Position numbers and translations under genes: made by a program. 64,000 bases of DNA, from IMG/VR virus record IMGVR_UViG_3300044701_004307; one strand, written 5' to 3'. Below are positions 55,764-64,000 of this stretch, in pieces. The stretch is from an uncultured virus (IMG/VR IMGVR_UViG_3300044701_004307). Taxonomy: Duplodnaviria; Heunggongvirae; Uroviricota; Caudoviricetes. The notes under the pieces are model-generated. The model was not told where the DNA came from. It saw only the letters and a program-made list of their open reading frames with translations, and made no database searches. Every line of letters starts with the position of its first letter. The first letter of the stretch is position 1.

Positions 55764-56015
55764 TCAGAAAACCACCGTTAAAGGGGTTTTTTGACTCCTT
55801 GACCCTGGAACGTTCAATATATCCGACAATACGCGGGGGGCTCCCGCCATCCAGCTCTGGTAAGAGCTCTTGACCGTTGACACATTGTACCGGTAGTACG
55901 CCGTGGCCCCCATCGACGCGGCCTTATCACCAAGCGGAATAGTCAAATTGGCAGCGCGAGAGACCTGTAAGTTAGTCTTTGCTGTTGCTATTAGTGCTTG
56001 CAGATCCGGATCCAT
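55764..56015 (-). CDS. hypothetical virion protein
   Basis: 83 aa, tightly packed in the operon. Confidence 0.6.
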   Translation of the reverse strand: MDPDLQALIATAKTNLQVSRAANLTIPLGDKAASMGATAYYRYNVSTVKSSYQSWMAGAPRVLSDILNVPGSRSQKTPLTVVF

Positions 56016-56017
56016 TT

Positions 56018-56470
56018 TCAGTCATCAACTGCAAATTGAATTCGATAGGTAATCGTTGAGCCCGGGGCCAGTGTGAGGCTAGGAGATTCTGTCAGCAGGG
56101 AATGAAGATAGAGCTCGTCAATGTAGCCGCCGACCCCATCTGGTTTGCCAAGGACGACATAAACACTATTAAACGAATACCCCAGTCCAGTCGCCTCGAA
56201 GACGGCATCGATGTATTGATTGGCACCAGCAACGCCGCCCATCTCGTAGCGCTGATCGGTCGAATCATAGGCGCCAGTTTCAATGATATCCGTAAAATCA
56301 GCGTAGCCGTTACCAGAAATCTTAATTGAATCCCAATTCGCTACGGTCGAAGAAGACGTGTAACCCTGAGTGGTAAGATTTGCCAGGGAAACACGAGCCC
56401 GGTACCCTTCGTAGCAGAGGTCGGCAATGCGAGCTAGCTCAGGAGTGGCGATAACAGAGGTGAGAGCCAT
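56018..56470 (-). CDS. virion structural protein
   Basis: GNGY pattern; GGCAAACTAA motif upstream. Confidence 0.65.
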   Translation of the reverse strand: MALTSVIATPELARIADLCYEGYRARVSLANLTTQGYTSSSTVANWDSIKISGNGYADFTDIIETGAYDSTDQRYEMGGVAGANQYIDAVFEATGLGYSFNSVYVVLGKPDGVGGYIDELYLHSLLTESPSLTLAPGSTITYRIQFAVDD

Positions 56471-56509
56471 GGAGATTAATCGGATGCGTTAGTTTGCCAG
56501 GGAGTCACG

Positions 56510-56941
56510 TCAAGCCACAGTCCAAGTCAAGATACCATCGTTACTCCAGGCAATCTTAAAGTTTGTACTGTCGCCAGCCGATTGCGCTCCATCAAAATCA
56601 ATGAAGGCTACGGGGGGAGCGTCTGTATCGGTGTCGTTGTAAATAATCGCATACGAAGCCGTAATACTTCCGCCGCTTGCGGTCCAGACCGCGTCGTTAG
56701 CATCGAACTTGGCGTCGTTGGTCGTAGTAGTGGTTACCGCTACACCAGTAAGAGCCTGTCCTCCGGTCGTGTATCCAGTTCCGGAAGTCACTTCGGTTCC
56801 GCCGGTGGCAGCTAATGTAGAATGACTTGCGTCAAACGTGGCAGCAGTCAAAAGCTTGACCTTGTAAGTGTCTCCAGCAGCATTCGATCCATCCGCAAAA
56901 CGCCTGGATGTGTGGTTATAAAGAGAAACTGTTATGGCCAC
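56510..56941 (-). CDS. tail-associated structural protein
   Basis: DT.KV.L...EV.SG.GYT.GG..L...W......A..A.IY......IDF pattern. Confidence 0.75.
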   Translation of the reverse strand: MAITVSLYNHTSRRFADGSNAAGDTYKVKLLTAATFDASHSTLAATGGTEVTSGTGYTTGGQALTGVAVTTTTTNDAKFDANDAVWTASGGSITASYAIIYNDTDTDAPPVAFIDFDGAQSAGDSTNFKIAWSNDGILTWTVA

Positions 56942-56977
56942 CGAGTTTACTTTATTCAGCCACTTAGGGTGCCGACG

Positions 56978-57742
56978 TCAAGCCTGCAGAGCAACGCTTG
57001 GCTCTAAAGCTAAAACCATCATCGCATTCGTAACAATGGCGGATAGATTGGCAGTGGCCGTACCAGTGGCGCCAGGCTCGGCTTTTACGCCCCGAAATAC
57101 TCCGTATCCACCACCGTTACCACTTGTCGTTCCAGCTTCTCCGCAAGCGGCCACTCCAGTGAGGCTTGGATTTGCAAAAAATTGAAAGAAGGTTGTGTAG
57201 GTCAGGTCATCTGGACGGCTTGCGATGTAGAGCACCATACTGTTATGTGCGAGTACATCGATGCTGGGCCAAGAAATATTTGGGCTTGCCGTGGTCTTGG
57301 TCGCGGTCGTAATCGCCCTGCCCGGATCTTCTGAGACCCTGGCATTACGAAAAATATAAATTCCTGCCACTATGTGATCACTCGCCGCAGGTACTGTTAC
57401 GTTTGCGGGAGAAGCAGTCGAAATTCTTTGCCAGAAAACTTGCATCTTAGACCCAGCCGTGGTTGCAACATCGACAACTGGTGAGCCAGGAAAAGAAGTC
57501 CATCCTGAAATAGCAATGTTCGCATTATTCCCTGAAGTCTCAAGAACAAGTATGGCAAGGTCTCCAACATGCATGCCAAAGATCCACGGCAAAGACACGC
57601 TCCCAGTCGTGCTGGTCTGCGGAACTGTCGCTCCCACAAAAATTGGAGCGGCATAACTGCCCGCCGCTGCACCACTCGATCTCAGGCGAAGTTGATTTAC
57701 CTTAATATTGGCAGATCGATCTCCAGTTTTTAGGAAGCTCAT
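56978..57742 (-). CDS. tail-associated beta-rich protein
   Basis: 254 aa; GDL.IL, GW pattern. Confidence 0.65.
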   Translation of the reverse strand: MSFLKTGDRSANIKVNQLRLRSSGAAAGSYAAPIFVGATVPQTSTTGSVSLPWIFGMHVGDLAILVLETSGNNANIAISGWTSFPGSPVVDVATTAGSKMQVFWQRISTASPANVTVPAASDHIVAGIYIFRNARVSEDPGRAITTATKTTASPNISWPSIDVLAHNSMVLYIASRPDDLTYTTFFQFFANPSLTGVAACGEAGTTSGNGGGYGVFRGVKAEPGATGTATANLSAIVTNAMMVLALEPSVALQA

Positions 57743-58089
57743 GTATCCTTGTCTCCAAGAATTTGAATTGTCACCATGCTACCTGTTGTCGTCTGCGCCT
57801 GAATAGTATCATTCAGATCGATCAAGGTGATCGGATAGGGCAGGTCCAGCATAAACGTCTCTTTGCTGACAATCAAAATCTCTGCAAACTGATGTACCGC
57901 ACTGGCAGTCCCGACAGATCCGCCGCTGTCAGGCACATTGTAGAGCTTGATAAGTTCGGAAGACGTGTTGTTATTGAACAGCAAGAAACTTTTGATGTAA
58001 GTCTTCGTTGAAGACGGATTCGTGTAAACAGATCCAGTAGAGTTTGCGACATACTGGATATCGACAAGTCTCGTGAATTGCCTTGCCAT
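57739..58089 (-). CDS. small beta-sandwich virion protein
   Basis: VYTNP...KT.IK...L.N; similar to 42545..42856. Confidence 0.7.
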   Translation of the reverse strand: MARQFTRLVDIQYVANSTGSVYTNPSSTKTYIKSFLLFNNNTSSELIKLYNVPDSGGSVGTASAVHQFAEILIVSKETFMLDLPYPITLIDLNDTIQAQTTTGSMVTIQILGDKDT

Positions 58090-58090
58090 G

Positions 58091-60778
58091 TTAAGTGTAC
58101 AACTTAAGGAGGTCGTCTTCGATCATCTCGGTGACATCAAAGATCTCGCCTAGTGTTCCTGCATAGGTCGGCTTGATGCTAGCAACGGAGATATAGATAG
58201 GCTCAACGGCCACGCTAACGCCAGTAAAGACAGAAGGTGCGTAAGAGGACAGCGTAATGTTAGCACTCGGAACCTCGACGCTTGTCGTCGTAACGCCAAT
58301 CTGCTGAGGCACAGCGGTCTCTAGCGCGATATCAACAGAGGGAATTTCAACCGAAATTCCATTATAAGCGATGTCGACGATTGGAGGCTTGGGCAGAAGG
58401 ACGACATTGACACTTGGTGCTCCAATGATTGCACTGGTACCAGTGAGCGGCGAGACCAGCGTCCCTGAGAATGCAATATAAGCCCACAACGTGCCATCGG
58501 AGGACAACATCGAATTCTTTTTAACAGTAAAACCTGAAGAATCAACTGTTAGCGCATCTGTCGTGAGTGGACTCGAATAAGACGCCCACGGAATTGCCGA
58601 ATTCCACCCCTTAATAGCATCAAAAGTGTAGGCAGGAGTAGCAGACCCCGAAGTGTATAGCACTTTTGCAATAATCATCACTGGCGCAAATCCAGTCTCA
58701 ATCCGAGTGTCTACCGACGAGCTGCCGCCATGAGTCGCAGCATAAACTTTTCCGGGCTTTGACTTAAAGGCATGGTAGACGTATCTGAGGTCCGTGCCGG
58801 AATCTAGAACACCCGAAAGTCTGGCATATTTAGGAAGGGAGGGATTGTAGTAATAGACTGGGCCATAAATGCTTCCTACGGAGATAGAGTCGTTAAATGC
58901 CATTCTTATTGAAGAATTATAGCCAGTTAACGCCCCAACCATGTAGCCCGAAGAATAGTTAGAAGTGCTTACCCTGGTAGACAGGATTACATCAGGCTCA
59001 GAGGTAAAGCCATGATAGATATAGGTACCTTGTCCATTAAGAATGCCTCCGGTATTGTTAGAATTATAGTATCCATAGCTTATTGCATCTGGCTCAACCA
59101 TCGCAAAAGTTGATTCGGCAATGTATCCATCGGTAATAGTTTGTTTCGTAAATGAACGAGTGGATTGATTCCCTCCGAATACCCAAGCGCAGTAACCTAC
59201 GCTGCTTTGATTCACGGATTGATTATTTCCGACTGTGAAACCATAAGATAGAAAGCTTGTTAACGTGTTCGAATAACTGGTCTCTCCATGCCCGCCGGAG
59301 AAGCTTCCGCCCTTAAGTGGGCCTCTCAAGCTGTCAAAAATTGAGATACCGTAAGTGTCATAATTATACGACTTTATCCAGACAAATGACGGTCTAAAGC
59401 CTAAATCAGAAATAGTTCTCGAAGAGCCATTACCCGTATATCCTACTGGCTTAAAATTATAGCCAGTAGTGTAAAAGGCATCTGTCTTAATCTTTAAGGT
59501 TACATTTGCAGCTCGATTTATGTACTGAAAAAGGGCAACGATTTTAGGCTTTACCGCCAATCGCGCTCCCTTTATGACAGGAGGCGGGTCATAGGGCTGA
59601 GATGGGACAGGAAAGAAATTATCATAAAATAGAGCAGTTCCAATGATAAGCCTGAATTCGTCGATGTAACCAGAAAGATAATTATTAGTCGATGAATTGC
59701 CGATTTTTAGTGAGCTCGTCCCAAATCTTGGTTCAGTTCCTACGTTTGTAAAAAGCACAAGGGATCCATTGATATACGCCTTGAAAGTGGCGGTATCGCG
59801 CACGAAAGCAAGATGGAACCATGAGTCAGTAATATTGGAAAGAGTGCCAATAATGCGTTCGACGTACGTGCCTGTAGAGGGGAACCGGTACCTATAATAT
59901 ATGGTCGAATTACTAATTGAAACGCCGTAATCCTCTGTCATCGGGCCTTCTTTCCCGGCGCTAAATAACCACCTATCTTGACTAGTGATCGAAGGCAGAT
60001 AGAACCAAAAATCTAAAGTAAACTTAGAATTGCCAATCTCTAGCGATGGGTCTGTGCAGGAAATTGATGAAGTTGGTACCGTAAAATCACCGACACCGAT
60101 GCCGATATTAGTTTTTACGTATGTTACTTTTGCGAATTGAGAGGTCCATGAATTACCGACCTCATCAACAAAGTTGGTGCTTCCCTCGTACCCGTCCATG
60201 TGCAAAAGAACACTTGGCGAAGCACTGACTATTCCGTTTAAGGCATTGATTTTAGCCTTTGTCGACAACGTAACCGTTCTTCCGGATTCGGGAATTACTT
60301 CAGTAATTATTTTAAGAACAATTTTTAACGTGGCCTCTACTGGAATCCTTCTTGCTTGGGATAACCTTGTGTAAATACCCAGGGTGACCGGATCTGACTC
60401 CCGTGCCAAAACATAGGGATACGATTCGGTTACGACCTTTAGTCGAACGATGGCCTCAACCGGGAAGGCCTCTGAATATGGCTTAATTGTCCGCGTCGAG
60501 AAAAGCTCAACCTTGTAAACAGGACTGATGTATCGAGGCAGGATGTCTTGGAACAGCCTGCACATGTCAGAGTCATCCCAGTCGGCAGGGACCTCGGCCG
60601 GATTAGCTGGAAGTGGATTTGGGTTGAAAATTTTATCTGGTGCAGGAGGCAGAGATGTCACTCCCTGTTGAATCGGAAACCAAGCAAAATTTTCTGTATT
60701 ATTACAAAATGGAGTGGATGGAGTGCGGAAGCTTGCACCAACTCGAACTGTAATTGTTGGGACAGTTTTAACAGTCAC
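58091..60778 (-). CDS. tail protein with a LamG/concanavalin-like domain
   Basis: LLHMDG, FTLDFWFY, W.H.AFVR, GYIDEFR; then YTGNG...GFRP..VWIK...DSLRG domain. Confidence 0.8.
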   Translation of the reverse strand: MTVKTVPTITVRVGASFRTPSTPFCNNTENFAWFPIQQGVTSLPPAPDKIFNPNPLPANPAEVPADWDDSDMCRLFQDILPRYISPVYKVELFSTRTIKPYSEAFPVEAIVRLKVVTESYPYVLARESDPVTLGIYTRLSQARRIPVEATLKIVLKIITEVIPESGRTVTLSTKAKINALNGIVSASPSVLLHMDGYEGSTNFVDEVGNSWTSQFAKVTYVKTNIGIGVGDFTVPTSSISCTDPSLEIGNSKFTLDFWFYLPSITSQDRWLFSAGKEGPMTEDYGVSISNSTIYYRYRFPSTGTYVERIIGTLSNITDSWFHLAFVRDTATFKAYINGSLVLFTNVGTEPRFGTSSLKIGNSSTNNYLSGYIDEFRLIIGTALFYDNFFPVPSQPYDPPPVIKGARLAVKPKIVALFQYINRAANVTLKIKTDAFYTTGYNFKPVGYTGNGSSRTISDLGFRPSFVWIKSYNYDTYGISIFDSLRGPLKGGSFSGGHGETSYSNTLTSFLSYGFTVGNNQSVNQSSVGYCAWVFGGNQSTRSFTKQTITDGYIAESTFAMVEPDAISYGYYNSNNTGGILNGQGTYIYHGFTSEPDVILSTRVSTSNYSSGYMVGALTGYNSSIRMAFNDSISVGSIYGPVYYYNPSLPKYARLSGVLDSGTDLRYVYHAFKSKPGKVYAATHGGSSSVDTRIETGFAPVMIIAKVLYTSGSATPAYTFDAIKGWNSAIPWASYSSPLTTDALTVDSSGFTVKKNSMLSSDGTLWAYIAFSGTLVSPLTGTSAIIGAPSVNVVLLPKPPIVDIAYNGISVEIPSVDIALETAVPQQIGVTTTSVEVPSANITLSSYAPSVFTGVSVAVEPIYISVASIKPTYAGTLGEIFDVTEMIEDDLLKLYT

Positions 60779-62670
60779 GATTCACCAACCCCGCCCCAGA
60801 AAAGTGCATCAGTTGAAGCCACCATACCATTTGCATCGAACGTATATGAAGTCCCGTTAGTTCTGAATTCTGCGATCAAACCGTTAGCCTCGATGTACAT
60901 GGGGGAGAAAGGTTCGATTGGCATCGAATTTGCAGAAACTTGAATGCTCAAACCATTTCGATTCCCAAGCAACAATCTATTCTGTAGGTTCCCATAATTT
61001 CTTGCTTTTGTTGGTGCATCGGATGGGACTATGGTGAACTCTAGAGTGGGACCACTGCCGCTCACGTCTGTCAAATAATCGTCACCAGAATAAGGAACAG
61101 AAAACTGAATCACTAACTGGCTTTCAGCCGAACCATTAATCCATTCAATCCCGGCCGTATCCGCTTGAACTAGTGGGCCATCCGGCACCGTGGAGGAGGC
61201 GGCGCTTCCTGTATCTATTTCGCCCCGGCCGACATTCGTTGCAATGGACGAACTATCGAAGGTCATTATTAATGACTGAGCAAGCATGACACCAATCTCT
61301 CCGACGCCCCAGTTCCCGAGCTCAGTGTATCGCTCTATTCTTCTGGCGAATTCATTCTGTCCTTCCGACGTGAACCCCTTCGGCTTTGAATTCATTGTTG
61401 TTACTACAGTCACGTCTTTCGCGTCATCATATTTGGTGGTGGTGATACTGCTTGCCAGGGTCCAGTCAAAGTACCCAAGGGCACCGCTGGCAGGCTTGGT
61501 GAAGTATTCACCCCAAGGCACTGGAACAGCCGCGTAGACCAATAATTGCGGGCCGGTTTCAACCACCGATTCCTGGATGGCTCTGCCCGTGCTATCGTAG
61601 GTGAATGTTTTTACACTTGACTTAGTAAAGGTGCCGCTCGCAAGTACGTCACCTCTCGCCTGAATGTATCCAGAGTTTATAGAAGAAGCCCCTTCAAGGT
61701 AATGGCCATTGCTGGACTGCGTCTCAGTTATCATTAGCCACTGCTTAGATGACTGACCGGTCTCTGGATCCTCAACGCTCATCAGTTCATATGTTTGCGT
61801 CGTAGAAGCTACGGGGGTATAAGAGCCGGTAACTGTTATTTCTTCGCCTGGACTATTCGGGTCAGGCTTATAGGTTCCCGTGACCTCTAACTGTACTTCC
61901 GATCCAACCGTTGAAGAGGACGTATAATCTCGTACAAATGCTCCAAATTCATTTTGCGTTACATCGGTAGTTGGTGGCTGAAGCTTCAAGTAGCTATAAT
62001 TAGCTATGACAGTATCTCCAGGTAGCTCCCCTACATCGATAGGTGAGATATCGATAATTTCGTCGATTCCAACAACAGGCCCAAAGCCTCCTTCTATGTT
62101 GATCGATTTAACCGTCAAAACTTCTTCTTCGTTTATGTATCCAAAGTATCCTTCTGACTTCAGCAAGTCGGACATCACTTGAATGTAGCCAGAATCTAGA
62201 GCGAATTCTTCAACGCTGAATTTATTTGTTAATGGGTTTTGATCTGCTATGAGCCCGAGCTCAGCCAGGCATTGTTCAAACACATATGCAGCGCTGATTG
62301 GCAAGGATGCGGTTGCTATCACGTCAGGAGGCGTCTCTCCGTTCTCGTCAACCGAAGTAGGGTTTTTAATTGGCGGCTTTCTGCCCTCCAGGTAGCTGAG
62401 GCGACATCCAAGCGCAATATTGGTGGTACCACGATATGGATCAGAAAAAACGCTCAAGACCCTTAGTTTCCGTGGCAGTCTCGAGGCGATGCCACTGCGA
62501 ATATAGGCAAATTCAACAACCGTTCCGATCTCAGGTCTGTAAATTCCTTTCAGTAAAACCTCGCCTCTTGTCTTTATCAGGCCAGAATCTTGAATATAAT
62601 CATCCGAAAAGGATCCGCTGATAACAGGACCGAGACTGCAGTAAACATCCGCCCTGATATCGATGGTCAT
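60775..62670 (-). CDS. tail tip/hub-like protein
   Basis: 631 aa, two genes downstream of the tape measure. Confidence 0.65.
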   Translation of the reverse strand: MTIDIRADVYCSLGPVISGSFSDDYIQDSGLIKTRGEVLLKGIYRPEIGTVVEFAYIRSGIASRLPRKLRVLSVFSDPYRGTTNIALGCRLSYLEGRKPPIKNPTSVDENGETPPDVIATASLPISAAYVFEQCLAELGLIADQNPLTNKFSVEEFALDSGYIQVMSDLLKSEGYFGYINEEEVLTVKSINIEGGFGPVVGIDEIIDISPIDVGELPGDTVIANYSYLKLQPPTTDVTQNEFGAFVRDYTSSSTVGSEVQLEVTGTYKPDPNSPGEEITVTGSYTPVASTTQTYELMSVEDPETGQSSKQWLMITETQSSNGHYLEGASSINSGYIQARGDVLASGTFTKSSVKTFTYDSTGRAIQESVVETGPQLLVYAAVPVPWGEYFTKPASGALGYFDWTLASSITTTKYDDAKDVTVVTTMNSKPKGFTSEGQNEFARRIERYTELGNWGVGEIGVMLAQSLIMTFDSSSIATNVGRGEIDTGSAASSTVPDGPLVQADTAGIEWINGSAESQLVIQFSVPYSGDDYLTDVSGSGPTLEFTIVPSDAPTKARNYGNLQNRLLLGNRNGLSIQVSANSMPIEPFSPMYIEANGLIAEFRTNGTSYTFDANGMVASTDALFWGGVGES

Positions 62671-63446
62671 TAAACGATTTCAGCAAGTGTTAGCGTGACC
62701 GTATATTGAACGATCTTTTCGCCATTGACTACTCTGTATTCTGCCGATGCAGAAGGTACAGAAACAGGGAAATACTGGCCGACGACTGGCGTCAAAATAA
62801 CCGTGTCTTCATACCATTCACGCACTAACTCCCACCCCGCCTGAGTGGTCGTTCCTTCAATTTGCTTGATGCGGACCACTGAAGTGCTGCCAGTGACATA
62901 ATGCTTGCCCGTCGCTGTCATTTGAAGCTCGGGCAGGCTGTCATAGGTGTCCGGTACCGACAACAGCGTCAGCACAGCTCCATTCAACACGAAAGTTCCG
63001 AGATCTGGAAGGTCTTCATTTGTCGCTTCCTCCTCCTGCGTCTCCAGGTCGACCTCCCGGACCTGGGCGGCATCAGCGACAACAAAAGAGGTGCTAATAA
63101 AATGACCAGCCTGCTCACCTGCCGGGGCTTCCAGGAACCAGCAGTCAACGTCCGTCCAAGAGGTCCCTCCCGGCCCCTGGAACGAAAAGGCTACGGTCGT
63201 GCCAAGCTGCCCCGAGATGGGAATTGGATCGCCAAATTCATCGACCGTTTCTGGGTCTGGATCCGTAATCCTGAGATCACGCCAAGTGTCGTAGATCCCA
63301 ATCAGTGTGGCCCACTCTGCCGGAGTCAACAGACCAGCAATGGCCCACTGCTTATAGGTACGCCCTTTCTGCGGCCCTTCGCCGCCATATCCAAACGGCT
63401 GCGAGACTAAATTATTGAATTCCAGTGAATCAATCTGTACTGACAT
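62670..63446 (-). CDS. distal-tail-like protein
   Basis: Immediately after the tape measure; internally duplicated halves. Confidence 0.6.
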   Translation of the reverse strand: MSVQIDSLEFNNLVSQPFGYGGEGPQKGRTYKQWAIAGLLTPAEWATLIGIYDTWRDLRITDPDPETVDEFGDPIPISGQLGTTVAFSFQGPGGTSWTDVDCWFLEAPAGEQAGHFISTSFVVADAAQVREVDLETQEEEATNEDLPDLGTFVLNGAVLTLLSVPDTYDSLPELQMTATGKHYVTGSTSVVRIKQIEGTTTQAGWELVREWYEDTVILTPVVGQYFPVSVPSASAEYRVVNGEKIVQYTVTLTLAEIV

Positions 63447-63450
63447 TTAA

Positions 63451-64000
63451 TTAACGCAGAGTGTTCAGGGTATGCAGGTAATTATTGGTAGAGCCACCAT
63501 TCTTAACGCTTACATTAACGTTCCAATCCTTGCGCGACAATTCTCTTACTGAGCGCGAAAGTTTGCCGATGGCTACTGCCTGTTGCGCTTGCGTAGCAGT
63601 GATATTACTGGCCTGATCCGAGGTCATGCCATTTGTCGGATACTTCAGGGCCGACAGGACTGCGCCAAGCGGAGATGATGCGCGAGAAATGCGTCCAACA
63701 TTTGCCGAAGGACCGCTATTCAGGTTGATACCACCACTCGGAATATTGAGCAATCTAGTGAGATGAGCCGGAATCACAGTACCGGAAGTCGGAGCGCGCC
63801 ATGACCCCCATGACGGTGCGTTGATCATGCTGAGACGACCAGCGGCGCTCAGGAAGGCCTCTTTGCCAAATTCGTTCACCGTATACGAAGAGCCGGCAGA
63901 AACCGGGCCGCCAGTCGCCAAGCCTACCGGCTTCAATTTCGCGTATTCAGCAACCATCTTTCGAACAATTGAAAGCTGGTTATTCAAGGATGTCTCCGCT
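63451..64000 (-). CDS. tape measure protein, C-terminal part (runs off the window)
   Basis: ATGGPV.AG..Y.VNE.G.E.F...G.VIP motif typical of tape-measure C-termini. Confidence 0.8.
   Translation of the reverse strand, partial: AETSLNNQLSIVRKMVAEYAKLKPVGLATGGPVSAGSSYTVNEFGKEAFLSAAGRLSMINAPSWGSWRAPTSGTVIPAHLTRLLNIPSGGINLNSGPSANVGRISRASSPLGAVLSALKYPTNGMTSDQASNITATQAQQAVAIGKLSRSVRELSRKDWNVNVSVKNGGSTNNYLHTLNTLR

Noticed and set aside
1..64000. Integrase, att site or prophage boundary
   Set aside because: No recombinase motifs or host-chromosome genes were seen. Lifestyle cannot be determined from this window.

Overview
This window is a 64-kb segment of a tailed dsDNA phage genome, most likely a siphovirus-type cyanophage. 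The host inference rests on an NblA-like gene, cyanobacterial-type RpoD-like and SigF-like sigma factors, a host-like PKHD hydroxylase and RlpA. Almost all genes are on the minus strand. The right part holds the tape-measure C-terminus, tail proteins, scaffold and major capsid, and a ~15-kb fibre/adhesin array, followed by a glycosyltransferase, a 2OG-Fe(II) oxygenase and an endolysin. The centre holds a putative iteron origin with a divergent initiator and DnaB pair, recombination genes (Sak-like SSAP, SSB, RusA, RecE-like exonuclease) and primase. It also holds a complete dTTP pathway (NrdAB with glutaredoxin, dCTP deaminase, dUTPase, ThyX, dNMP kinase), with terminase and portal scattered among these genes. 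Five observations stand out. (1) The fibre genes show an apparent plug-and-socket code whose module counts match exactly and predict one chained, then branched, fibre with five different adhesin tips. (2) A recurring GG-N-A-N-N-C-T motif lies upstream of about 20 mostly late genes and is probably read by the phage SigF-like sigma; three cases look leaderless. (3) A promoter-preceded structured intergenic RNA ends in a D-armless tRNA-like fold. (4) Matching CG(A/U)GACG hairpins occur in the scaffold and capsid leaders. (5) NrdA carries an internal glutaredoxin domain. No integrase, DNA polymerase, CRISPR array, reverse transcriptase or canonical tRNA was recognised. All product calls come from motif recognition by eye, not database searches.
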